64,000 bases of DNA from Balanoglossus misakiensis (Eukaryota > Animalia > Hemichordata): positions 7,487,519 to 7,551,518 of the forward strand of contig CM082578.2 of NCBI GenBank assembly GCA_040954595.2, written 5' to 3'. Shown piece by piece: positions 1 to 13,400 of this stretch. A program made the translations under genes and the position numbers. The notes under the pieces were generated by a model. That model was not told the DNA's origin and did not search any database. It saw only the letters and a list, made by a program, of their open reading frames with translations. Each line of letters opens with the position of its first letter. Position 1 is the first letter of the stretch.

Positions 1-267
1 ACATGTACATCTAACAAATTCAGCCACAGTTATCATTTGAAGTTGAGATCTAGACAATCACAGGTTTTCTCAGGGTTGCCACACGAAAAATTGCACCACC
101 AACATGAATAATCATTTGAAGACTGAGGCACGCCCTGTAAACAATATATCGACATAACCTTACGTAGATTAGGGGTGATTTTTATGCCTTTAACTAATAC
201 CATTTAATCAATTTCATTTTACATGGCAAAGTAAGATTTTCGTGTTCCATAGAATATCTTGTCTTAC

Positions 268-3200
268 CAAAGCTCCTGCGGTGGCGACATTTTCCACAAG
301 TTGAACCACTATACTTTCCGATGTGCAAACTATCGGGGCGTCTCCAATGACGTCATTAACGGTCACTGTGACGGTGGTAGTGGCGGAGCGTTTTGGACTG
401 ACTCCCTTGTCTTCGGCCAGGATGGTGAGGAGGACGGGACTTCCGGTTTCTTCGTAATCTACTTCGTTTTTCACCGTCACGGTACCGTTGACATTAATGG
501 CGAAATTGTCATACAAATCGCCGTCTGAAAATAACAACAGTGTATCAGATTCAGTTCTCGGGAACGCGTCGGGATATGCACTTTTTTTAAAATTGTCAAG
601 AATCAAGTCCGGATGGTTATCTTGAGATGTCGAAAGAATATCCTGACAACACTTACCGATGATTGAATATTCGACTTCTCCCTGGGGACCGATGTCTCCG
701 TCTGTAGCAGTGATCGTAAACACGCTCGTTCCATAGGGTAGATCTTCGGTCGTCTGGACAACAAATGAGAAACTGTCATTTAACACAACGCTCATTTGAA
801 GAAACCTGCAATTTTATCTAAGCGCATGAAAATCACCTGACACATGGCACTGCAGGTACAATGTCTAGGTATACATATACTGTAAGATGAATGTGTATGA
901 TTGTGGACGCGTATTTTCCCATATAAAATCATTCTGTCACCACGATGTTGGTTTCACACTTATAGCGACAACTGCAGTAACTTTCACAATTTCATTTTTT
1001 TACATGTTCACATTTTCTTAAAATTGTGTGTGTTCTTACAGTTTCTTGTTCTACTCCAACATGTTGACATGCCCGGCACCCAGAATTCACAGATGTTCTT
1101 CACAGTGTATATACTAATACTTACAACGACTGTTGCAGGCACCGTAGCTCCAAACACAGGATCGTAATCATTCACGGGATCAATAGTGATGTAAACTGTT
1201 GCCGTGGCAGTTTGTCCACCTGGCGCGGGGCCGTCGGCGATTGTCACGACGAGTGTGTAACTGTCGGGGTAGGTGACGGGGTCATCCGGGTCGATCTGGA
1301 TCGGGTCCCTCAGCTCCAGCTGTTTGTTCGGGATGTCGAATTGGAACTGGCTGAGTCCCGGTGTGCCCAGCGGTAGGGTGGTGTCTCCTCCGAAAATCTG
1401 GAAGTCGAAGCTGGTGACCCCGGCGGAGTCGAGGTCAACCACGTCGAAATCCACCAGGACCGTCCCGGCGGTGGCGTCCTCCCTGACCACGACGGGCGCT
1501 ATCGGTCCGATGGTCGGGGGATTGTCGTTGACGTCCTGCACGTTTATCACCACGTCGACCGTGCCGGACTTCTGCGGTGTGCCGGAGTCGCTGACTTTGC
1601 AGCGGAGCGTGTAGGTCTGCTGCGTCTCGTAATCCAGCTTGGCCTTCAGACTGATATCACCGGTGGCCGCACTCATTGAGAATTTGGTCTGTCCACTCGT
1701 CGCTGTGATAAAGTATAGAAATGCAAAAGATAAACTCCGTGCCACATTTTCAAATTGCAACGTACGCTGTGCGAATTTCAGAATTTCAAATCTGTTCTGA
1801 TCGTCAGAAATCTAAGTACAGTATAACAGAAACAAAAAAACCCTATATGTTGCATAATTAAGTCGACGTCTACACCCGCGACAACTTCCCTTCATGTCGA
1901 TTGCTTACACCAGTCACGTGTATCAGAAAGGTGGCAAATGTACTCGTCCCTCCCTCCACCTTTCATAACCCACGTTTGACGAAACTTGTCGAAAACACTC
2001 ACGCGAAAATGAAATGATCTGATAGACCAGTAGACCATCATCCCCTGCGTCCGCGTCATCTACAGGCAGAGTGAAAAACGGCGCGCCGATAGCCTGGTCC
2101 TCGGGCACAGGTACTGCAAATGGCGCACCGGGAAACGTAGGAGTAAACTCGTTTACGCCTTTGACCTGAAAGGAGAAAAACCCAACATTATCATGAACAT
2201 TAGTTACAACTAGTAGTTGAAATTATTTCGACACTGTGTTGGCAATTTCATTTTATTCTATTTATCAGTTTTTTTCCCGTTCTGAACTAGAAGTTGTTAT
2301 ATTATTACTTCTGTTCAAGTTACCTAAAATTCATCATCACCAGGCTGTTAGTAAGTACGCCTGCTCAGGTAAACTATGGACTTTCTTGTCGTGACATTTT
2401 TTTCTGTGAAGTCGATAGGGCTTCCATAATGTTGAACGCCTCGTTATAATGTTTAGTATGTTTGTATTTTTCATGGATTCTGGCAAATTGATATATTGCT
2501 CGGCTTTGGAGTGTTACACTGATGAACTCAGATGACGTCGGCCACTATTAAAACCACCAAGCATGCTTTGGTGCACGGTATGCTGGAGCACATATGTGGA
2601 AACTCACATGGACTGAGACCTGGGCCGTGCTTGTTTTGCCGCCCGAATCTGTGGCCTTTACGGTTAAGATGTAAATGTCCGAGGTAACCGCTTCGTAGTC
2701 GAGTACACCGTTTGTGATCAGCGATGTGCCACTGGTGTCGAATTTGTTTGCTGGAGCCAAGTCGTCTCCACTGACGATTTCAAGAGTCAGCGTGTCGCCA
2801 ATGTCTTGGTCAGTACAAGAAAGGTCTACCACCGTGGCCCCTAAATGAGAGACAAGAGATTGTTGTTGTTGTTTTTGTTGTTGTTAAAATACCTAGAGTA
2901 TTGTGCCGTGCTATTATCCGAAAGAAATCGTGACGTACCACCCCTCTATGATGATGAGTGTGTCAGCCAAAGATGTTAATGTTAAAATTGCAAAGTTTGA
3001 CCACTTTATTGGCTAAGTACATCTTGTACCTAGGACTATATGAACCGGCTAAAATACAGTCATTGTAAATTAAAGAGAGAGCCTGCGCGTATTTACCAAC
3101 TCCGCCGTTCTCAAAGATGACTTCGTTGTAGACGACGGGATCGAACACCGGTGGGTATTCGTTGACAGGCAGCACTGTGACGCTGACAGAGGTAGTTCCA

Positions 3201-6200
3201 GTGACTCCGCCTTGGTCCGTAGCGATCAGTTTGAACGAGTAGGTGTCACTCGCGCCGCCGTCAAGGTCAAAGTCAGCCATCGTGGCTATTATGCCGCTGG
3301 CATCCACGCTGAATTTACTGGCTCCCGCACCTAAAACGATAAACATGATGTGTTGAAGATACATCGTCATCTTAATGTGTTCTTGTTCTGCCCTATAAGT
3401 TGTAGCGCGTAAAGACTTTCAAGACTGATCGAAGTTGCTTTTTTCAGACGAAATAAGATTTCACACTTACCGCTCAAGGAAAACGTGAAAGAGTCGCCAG
3501 CATCGCGGTCGCTGAGTTCATCCACGGGACCGTTCGGTGTGGAAACTGGCCACGTGACATCGGTCCCAAACACGGCGTCTTCGTTGATTTCGCCGACATA
3601 GAGAGTTTTCAGGAACGTCGGTGCCTCGTCAAAGACTGGACGAACGTTTATATTGAGGTTTGCCGTGATGGGCACTTGTCCATCGCTTGCTCTGGAGTTG
3701 TTGAAAAGAAAGAAAAAAAATCGTTAAGTATTGGTTATCTCACGGTAAGTATGATACATATGTAGTCTAAATTAAATTAAACGTAAAACACCTTTAGACT
3801 ACTTGGCAGATGGAAGACTTCTGTAGCTATGAAAGTCATCATTGTAATGTTTAACTAACAGTTTCTAATAACAATTTCAATGTAATATGGGTTTAAAGGA
3901 ATACAATCACTGCTACTTTACAGGGGACATCCACTAATAATCTGTGATTGGCAACCGTCTCTAAATTTGCATAGGTGACTGTAAGATATATGTGAGTGCG
4001 TACCTGATCAGCAATGTGTATGACGTCACGGCGCCTGGATTGTCAGCCTGCAGGGAACCAACGGTGCTCACGACACCGGTTGCACCGATGCTGAATTTCG
4101 GAGTGCCAGCGGGGATCTGTGACAGGATAGCGTAGGTGATGACGTCATTATCTTCGTCGTTGACGACGACGGTGAACACTGACGTTCCGGTGCTGACGTC
4201 TTCGTCGACGTAGACCGTGTTGGCGAGGTTGGGCAGCGCGGCGAACGCCGGGTCGTCGTTTCTGTCGTTCACTCTGACGAGAATGCTGACGGTGTTCTTC
4301 GTCGTCGGGTCGGCGCCGTCCCAAATTTCGACCACGAGCGAATGCTGTGTCGCCTGTTCGTAATTCAGGCCTGAAGGGACCACACCAGAAGTGAACAGCT
4401 GTATAAGAAAGAAAAAACATCTGATTTGGTGGCCAATTTGTAATCACATTTTCTTTCTTAAGGTTCGAGCTCATTCAAGTCCGTCCTTCAATTCAAAGTT
4501 TCAGCTATGTCAATGCTTTATTACCATAATTTAATCTACTGGACACTTCATCATGAAAAAATGAGGCAACAAACGGACAAATAGAGCAATCCAACCGTAA
4601 TGGTTCATTTTTTGAAAACTATACCTCCCCACTGTCGGCTTTCACGAAGAACGCGTCCATCGGCCCGGGACTGGCGGATGCCAACCTCGCCGTACAGGTC
4701 GGATAGGTGTCACCGGTGAAAAACGCCCCCAAGGCGATGGGGGTGTTCGAGAGGGCGTCCTCATCGACATAGAATGTGGATCCTGGGTATGTTAGGGTGC
4801 ATGTCGTTTGGGCTGTTCAGAGACAAAAAATGGAAGAGTGAATATCAACGTAATGAAATGCATGTAGTCATCAGGCGATTGCTATCATGATGGAATGATG
4901 CTGTACATTCATTTGGCTATTTGCAGGAACACTACGATATTCAAGAACTTTGGTTGTCAACATTTTCATCATTGTTATTGTCAACTTCTCCAGTGGTTTG
5001 AGAGGATTTGTGGCGGGCTTCACAACGCAATTTACAGAAACTGCTCGAAAATATAACTCATGCGAAACTGTCTGTATCTCGTTAACCTTCTTCCACAGTA
5101 AGGGTGTTAGACTCACAAACCAGTGCACCGCGCGCGTCAAAGTTCAACTTGACCCGTACTAATAGAAAATTGACGTGCGGCTTCTTCAGTCCATTTTAAA
5201 GTCATAAAGTGTCTTTTGTTGTGGCGGGAGACAATAATGAACAATTGTTAAGTTTGAAATCCATTAAAAGTTTTAGTGACAGGTGTGGTCTTCTCATGTT
5301 GCGTCTCAGAACAATCTGGATCGTAAATAGTTTCTTTCGGTCAGCATTCACCGAAAATCGCCAGGCGTGTATTCATGTTGCATCCATGGCACTGGCGCCT
5401 TTTGATGTTTATTTCTATTCCCCCATTTCTGTTTTGACGACTGAATTCTCTAACGGGTGGGAAAACAGGCACTGACACAATACCCGCCGAACGAACGTCC
5501 GCGACAATATCACAAAAAAACAGCCTCTCTTTATCTGTGTGCCATTGAGAGCGAGTTTATATACCGTCACCCAAACCGCTATGAAACTGTTTGTGTTGGA
5601 AGCAAATTACGCCATTGAATCGAAATGGCCGTGCGATCATCCAGAATTGTGATTGGAAGGGTGCTACGTAAAAAAAAGACAATTCAAGGGAAGGACAATA
5701 AAAAGGCAATGTTTACCATGACAGACATAACAACAAAGTAAACAGGATGGTCGATCGCTCCACCCGCCTGAATACCTTTCAAAGGTCCCCATGACCCTTC
5801 TATAGCGAGCTATTGTCATATTTGATTCAATAGGATCATCTCTCTTTTAGGTGAGAATTTAATAGCTGAACACAATTTGTACCCATAAAAAATTGATTCA
5901 TTTTGCGAGTGTTTTGACAACCTTATAAGTCGCGCCTTGGTACAGATCTGTAATTACGTTAGCGTGCTATCGTTATTTATCGCGTTCTTTTATGACGTCA
6001 TAAGAAATGAACAGGAAAGCGTTTTTTAATCACACAGCCGTTTTGGAATGACGTGTTGAGTTTTTTCATGTACAATGAAAAGTACCGGGGCAACTGCGTC
6101 TTATGCGAATGACTAATCTTGGACTTGCAGACTCATTTTTTTAAAAATAAATAAAAAAGACGATCTTGAAAACTGTTTTCTTTCTTAAGAGACACATAGA

Positions 6201-8157
6201 AGAATTTGATTTTGTACAGCATAAGGGAGAAAAGTTTTACCTGTGTGGTTTACTGCGTCATGGATGCATGAAGACTGGCATATCAACTTCAGCGATAACT
6301 AAACAGTATAAATGAACATAGTGATGACAAATGTGCTATCAATGGGGTTTAGTTTCAGTGTGATAGACCGAAATACTTGTTTTTCATAATTGTTGACCAT
6401 TTTGCTAAATTTTAAATAGCGCGTTTCCCCAAACACAATAGACTTAGAGTACACCTGTCAGTATAAATTACCAGAAACAATATGTGGTATGGTGATTCTG
6501 GTCAAATTTTGGTTGTCCTGCCAGAATTCGGAGCAGCACAATGAGATCATCATAACTTTAAAAAAACTCACTGTAATAAGTGTCTTATTGAAATTTCAGG
6601 ACAAAGTATGTCCTTTAGCTGTAGCTTTTCACACTTCACTTCTCTCAAATGACATACAGTCATTACCGTGGGAGAAACGGAGTGCAGTGATCTACACTAA
6701 TTGTCATGAATTGTCTCGCTTCGCTTGTCCTTGTCAATTCGTCAGCCCACGCATGATTTAAACTTGTTTGATCCGGGTAAGAATGTTTTAGATCAGAATG
6801 ATTTGATGTGCATCCAAAGGCTTCAAGTTGCAGTGCACAATGACAAAAAAATGTGACGTTGCTTTGAAAACCGTTGTCCAGCGGCCAAAGCCGGACGTAT
6901 ACAAGTTACCTTTCTTCCCTAAAACAATGTTTGGAGTAACACACAGAATGCGACATGAAAGCATTGAACAAGACCCCTCTTATATACTAGTACGCACAGT
7001 TGACTGCCTATATGTGACATGCGCACAATATTGCCGGTGCACGCGCAGGTGTGTCGCTGTCGGGGCTGCTCAGAATGTGGTCAATTTAAGCGCGTCTTTG
7101 TCTCGATGATAATGATTTCGTCGAAATGAAAATAACCAAAATAATGTAAAATGTTCTTGTCACATTAAATTGTTCACAAATAACTCCTTACGCCGCAAAC
7201 CTGCATTTATGACTTCGAAGAAATAACGAAGTTGATGAAACTCCGTCAAGACTATAAGAAGATACATCATAGTCCGACGCATAACAATTTTATAAGTGTC
7301 ATAAATGCCTATCTCGATCATCTATCCCATATATATGTTTTCAAAATGCACCAAGACAATAATTTTTCTTAGAACCGGATATTTTCTCCGTGGAAGAGTC
7401 TACTTTCTCAATAAAAACGAGCACCTGTCTTGTTCGAGCATATCAGACCTCGTCGTTCAGAATTCAATCATATGAAAACGGTGTATTATGTCGCAAATGT
7501 TGTTAAATTCAACATTTCAAACTTACAAAGAGTTTATATCTTATACTGGACATTTTAATGTGATAAAAAAATTAAATTAATCATATTATCGCGCAAAAGT
7601 GACAATCGGCGGTTCAAATAACCGTACTAGTTTCAAAATGATTACATTTCAGAGCGGCGGGCATTCTATGAACGACGAAGTCTGTAATGAAGTTGTGTAA
7701 TCCGATTTCTCGTGATGGACCCAGAAAAGAAAAAAGACGACTCGGTGTCGGAGAGTTTACAGATGTCGTGACATTACATTATAAGCGCTGACACCTCAAT
7801 AGCTCAATTGGCCTAAACACCACGTAATGAAATTCCGCCTCGGCTGTGCCACTAAACCATATGACGCACGATTATAAACTTCTAAACACGAAACAGCTTG
7901 ATGATAGCGTGTGATTACAGTTAAAAATACTAAATTATATTCACCGACACAAAAAATCTTTCTTGGGGCTATTTTGGTCACCCCGGAATATTGATACGCT
8001 GTCTTAAACACTAATTTCGTTAAAAATTATGAAGTGTTTTGTAATGCAAAAATATAAAAAAAAGAACTTAGAAGAAAATTCACTCACCAAATATTTCTTC
8101 GCTTTGTAAAAGGACCAGAGTAAGAATCAAGGCGCAAATCACTTTTGTCGTCGACAT
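268..8157 (-). CDS. Gene A: long non-classical cadherin (CDHR3/4-like cadherin-repeat protein), 5' part only; continues beyond the left edge
   Basis: Hand-assembled exons in transcript order: 8157-8088 (signal peptide MSTTKVICALILTLVLLQSEEIF), 4812-4625, 4398-4004, 3691-3471, 3330-3097, 2840-2608, 2165-2003, 1702-1125, 753-657, 524-268. All have AG/GT boundaries and matching phases. They encode about 7 cadherin repeats with xE(N/D), DxD, LDYE and DVNDNPP motifs. Exon sizes 188, 221 and 97 nt match genes B and/or C. Confidence 0.9.
8088..8157 (-). CDS. Gene A exon 1, signal peptide
   Basis: ATG at 8157, hydrophobic core VICALILTLVLL, phase-1 donor G|GTGAGT that fits the phase-1 acceptor at 4812. 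Too short for the ORF track. Confidence 0.8.
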
Positions 8158-10352
8158 TTTGAAATGTTCATGTCATGCTTGCTTGACGCGGGGAAGCACT
8201 TGATTTCGGTCTGGTCCCGTATATCACGATAAAGGTACACTGAGCCGGCCTTCAGTTGCAATTTTCTCTTGGATTCATCAAAAGAGAACGCCCGCTATTG
8301 TGTTATTGTTGTTTCCTTGGCCTTTCGGGTCGCCGAGTGACGTGCATTCACGTTTTGTGATATATAAGCCTCGGCAAATAGAGTCGAATTGACAAGATAA
8401 CGCGGTTCTGTAAAATGGCGCCCTCTACATCTGCAACGGGGGAGTACACGCATGTATCGCAGAGGTGAAATGTGGAGGTTTGGTTTTCACTCTGGGTAAA
8501 GCTGTCAAAGGGAATAAGGCACAAATGGTGGGCAAGTACCGCCGTGTGGAGTTTGTTCACGTAACGGCAAAGCTATAAGTACCTTTCTTATCGGCATTTA
8601 AGGAACCTCAGATTATACACAACGCACTCGTATACTCACTCGCTCGATGGGCTAGGTTAGTGACCCCCGGGATAACAACACTTTCTAAAGCCGTGAAGAG
8701 AAGACCGTTATTCTCTTTGCCGCATTGTGCCCAATGATCGCCCGATAAAAAGATTAGTACAGTTCCTTTGTTCTATTGTGATCTCGGTGTCGCTGGTGTA
8801 GTGTGAAGATTTATTGGCCCCGCTTTGTTCGGAACACAAGGGCAGAATTCAGTGTGTAAAAAGACTATAAAGTAGTGCCATTGGTGACACTTCCTTACAG
8901 AGATGGTCGTCACGGCCTCGAGAATTTCAGTAATTGCTGCCATTGAGTGTTCCCCTCAAACGTCACACATAACCTTGAAGGAATGAAATTGGTCCGGGGT
9001 ACGACGCAACCTTCACGTTTCGATCGCTGAACTGATTTTCTTATTTAAAAAAGTAGAATTTACACAATACGGGGCAATTCTTGCGAGATTGATCACTAAT
9101 GTAGACGTTTTCCGATATTGTTTATGCCTACAGGTATTGAAAACGAGGCATATACTGGTATGTATGAAATTCCTAATGGTGAAAGTGACCAACAGAGGGC
9201 GATAATCCAGAAATTAAAACAGGTCCAATAAAAGCCTTGCCATTGCACCTTAGCGAACCAGAACTTTTAAAACCTTTCTCTTGGGGGCGCACTTCAACAA
9301 CCCAGTCTGAAGCTTGTTCTTCGAACTGTTTCACGGGATACTGCTAAGTTGTGTGACACATCCGATTTTTAACTGGGCTATTTCGAAGCATCGCTATACG
9401 TTGCATTTCACGAGTTGATTGGACAGTAAGTCGTCGGTCAGGTAAACACTTTCCCTATCTTTACATCTATAGTTGATGAATATCGTGCACCTCGTCACCC
9501 ACTAGTCTGAACAGAGCGGCAAAATCTAATTTTAATCTCGGGATGCGAATTAATGAGAGGACCTGCTTATCGCAAGAGAGGCAAGCACTGAATTGGATAC
9601 TTTGCCACCCGGGTTTGCAACCACGCAAAACTGGAGGAAAATTGTCCATGAACCCACCAGTTAAAAATCTGACCGCAAACATATTTATAGTGACAACTTA
9701 GTATAATATTGTAGAATTTGTACCGACTGGTTTTGTAGTCATTTACTTTGTGATTGCAAATGTAAAAAATGTTTTTAAAAAATTAAATAAATTATCTGCC
9801 AAGACTCCAACTCCGAGATGGCTTGAATAAACCCTTTCCTTCCACCAACGTTCACCGAAACTCTGTGTCACAACGTAGACGGTCATGTGATACCTTTCTA
9901 CAAACACACACGACAATCTTGATTCTTGCCGGTAATTAACTTCCATAACTACGTCAGACTGTGTTGGTTGTTGTCGGCACTTGTTTCGATACGCTCGGAC
10001 GCACAGAGGCTTTAGAAACTCATGAAGGGCCTGTGGATGTCGACTACGCTTCAGTGAGCATTAAGGTCGTGCACGCCACAACAGGTGCGACTGCGCGCAC
10101 GGTGCATATTTTGCTATCGTTCGGTACTGGTGGTACACTGCGCAGCCGCCATTGTCAACACTTCGCCGTTTCCGTGCCTTTCCAATAACTCAATTTATAG
10201 TGTACTGACGTTGACAAGTGTGATACCGTGGGCCTGGCTTATAGGTGATTTGCCGTGATATGACCTGCGGTTTAAGCTGTGGAATGTTTCTGCTGATAAT
10301 GGCGTAGCTTGCTGGAGCCACGATCGACGAGCTGAAAACTCACCTTGAAGCG

Positions 10353-10431
10353 ATGGCGTTGGAGCGAATTGGCGGTTTGTTGTTGTTGCTGATCTTGGTG
10401 ATTCTCCAAAACCGACCAGTGAATTCCCAGC
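10353..10431 (+). CDS. Gene B exon 1, signal peptide
   Basis: MALERIGGLLLLLILVILQNRPVNSQ followed by the phase-1 donor C|GTAAGT, which joins TT at 13913 to give L-C-S-I-S-Y. Confidence 0.85.
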
Positions 10432-13400
10432 GTAAGTAGATCATCACACCGTAGCCGAGTATGAATTACAAAAGAGAAAGACCGGGCAGGGGTGTAAAAA
10501 AACGACAACAGTTATCGAGTTCTAGGGAACTGAAACCTCAGTCAGGGGTGGTCTGGGACAGACAATTTTGTGGGCCACAATCACCCTCCTTCAAAATCGC
10601 CCATTTTTGACATTTTGGGGCTATTTGTGTTTCATTTGATATAAAACGATTTGTGTTGTTCAGCTCAGTGAAACATGCTGTTCCGGATGGTCAAAAAGTA
10701 AATGATGGGAATCTTCATGCGTTATGTCCATCACTGATGTACTGCACGGCTGTCGGTTGGTTGAAGTGTGACAACCAAAGATTGCGTATTTTACTGAACA
10801 GACACCAACAGATTAAAGTTAATTAACTAAAGCAAGGTCAGATGTTAGTGACTGTCCCTTTATAAGTCATCATGACATGTCGCTTCACTGGCCTTTATTT
10901 CGGAACTTGAAGGCTACTCCAACCCCAGAAGACGTTATGAAGATGTGATCTACGTGTATAACGTTGTTCTAAAAATGTCAAATTAAAAATATGTATCACT
11001 GAAGTCCAGTTTAAATAAGCTGATGCATCGTCTAGCAAATGATGGTCAACTGAACCTAGATTCTCAATGGAATATGATGACACGTTATTTCAAAGATAAC
11101 GATTCTCAAGAGTTGATAACAGAGGGCGAATGAGGATAGGATCATGATGACTCCGATGGCAAGATTTCAGTGATACATCTATTTCCTTAGTTTAGTGAGC
11201 CCATTTTGACAAGGTGGTCACGTTATAGAAAAGACATGGATATGAATATACTTTCATAAACCCTTGTATGCCCTAGGCCAGCACACCCACCCTTATAAAC
11301 TCCTAATTCTGTGATATATGTTATGTTACGTGCTCGTATACACGGTTTTAACGACAAACGGTAGTTACATATGAATGTGTTGTCGTAACACTTCATAGAG
11401 TAAAAACATGGATACGTCGAACGGACGTGTGCTAGGATTAAAAATCGTAAATCGTGAATCAAAAGTACATTATATACCAGATGTGACGCATGTCAGACAA
11501 GGAAACACAGTGACAGTGTTTGAACGGTTAGGTCTAAACACAGTCCGATATCAGATGCCATGTCATTTACCACACAAACACAAACATTTAATAACAAATT
11601 ATCATAAGCCATGTTTGTAAAAAATATACCGAAATATTGTATTATTATTTACACAAAATGCAAATAACAGAGGTGGATTAAACCCAAAAAATCAAGAACC
11701 TCTGTAAATCAGAATTCGAGATGTCACATATAGGCTAACTCTCAGCTGTTACACACGGCGCAGCCATAATCTGGTTGTTGCCTTCGTTAGTTAAATTGTG
11801 GTGAGAACGCAGGGGAGCAGTGAGATTAATATTTTTTATTAAGAAAAACAGGGGGGGGGGGGCAAAATATAGCCATCCTGTGTTCGGACCAGTTTCATTG
11901 AACAACAGACAAATCCACCTCGACCTCCGTAGCTATTTCTACCAAAAAAACATTGATCTTGAACTCACTAAGGTTTATGTTTGAATCCGAATTGAAGCTT
12001 ACTGCAAAAGGAAAAAAGTGGTAGAAATGTACATTAAATGGTCTTTGTGAACTAAGTACTAGTATTATATCTACAGTTTAAAGCTGTGTCTTCGTCACGG
12101 TATCTTGGCAAGAGTTTCAGAACGGCTGTCAGAGAATATCATGAAATTAATCTCCTTCTACCCGCGGAGAATTTATTTCCAATAGCATCAAAATAATACC
12201 ATATCGTACGTATTTTAATGAATGTTTAATACATACTATTTATTTTTTTATAAATTTGTCCTCGTCCTCCCCCAAAAAATCCCCCAAAGGCAAAATTCAT
12301 AATTTACTATTGATGATAAAGTATTCGGATTGAATTGAATTTTGAGCCATTATGCTTTGGCTGGTGTCAACAGTTTCTCTCCCACACCGCGTTTCATACT
12401 GTTGTGACATCAATGTGTCAGCGATGTGTGATAATCCTGCAGGAGTTGTTTAGCGTAGCCTTGGCAACAGCCAGTGGATCGGAACGCCATTGTGACCTAG
12501 CTGAAAGTAATGAGATCTGCTTTCAGCTAGACACTCCAGCGCCGGTCGAGCCGCGCGTGAACAAGTTGTGTCACGCACTGGGATTAAAGGCGCGCCAAGG
12601 TGCATTATCATTTTAAAGACTCAAGTGTATTGCGCTAAATTATTTATATATCACCTGTCAACTTCAATGTGTGGAGGTCATATATCTGCCCCAACAATGA
12701 TAAGATCGGATAATAAAGGAATGTTGACACAAAAATGTTAATATTTTCACGGTGCAAAAATTAATATCCGGTCGTTTACCTGTCGAGATCATACCCGACC
12801 AAGGTAACCATGACGAAATCACAAGTTGATTTAAAATTAATACAAGAAGCCCAGACAATGTTATTGCATTCTAATATGTACATGTGTAGGGAAGGTGGTT
12901 CATTTCTCAGTGTAATATACTCCAGTGCGTCATCAAAGTATGTGTACTTGTATGTAGACCTCCAAATACATCTCCGCCCACGTGACAAAGGTGTGACATG
13001 AATTTTTACTATAACAAGTCTTCAAGAGCCCCGAAAGAGAGTGGAATCCAGCCACTTATCGACCCGTCCGTGTGAGCAAAAAAAAGCCACTTTACACGAT
13101 ATCATGTCGCCCCTTGTTGCAACCAAAGGCGATTATCCTGTAAAGAGTACACACACACGCCTTCTACTCATTGTCCGCGCCTGACCTCATTTGCCCTCGC
13201 CCGGCCAACTTGGGTGACGAGTCAACACCACCTGAGACCCAATGCATGGAGTGTCTTTTGTGTTTGAGGGATTTATTGACTGGAGTGGCTCGTCCCGAGT
13301 CGTTAAATGTGTTGACTCGAAATTCCTCGGCGACAGGCGACGCGGTTGCTAGCGTCTTTGTGGTGTTTGAGAGGCAGGTTATAGGGATGACGTCGTGTCC

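Noticed and set aside
6080-6560. Possible MITE-like insertion in gene A intron 1
   Set aside because: No terminal inverted repeats, target-site duplication or second copy found within the window.
12413-12510. Alternative signal-peptide exon for gene B (MCQRCVIILQELFSVALATASG)
   Set aside because: Weak hydrophobic core interrupted by QE and a weaker donor; 10353-10431 is a far better fit.
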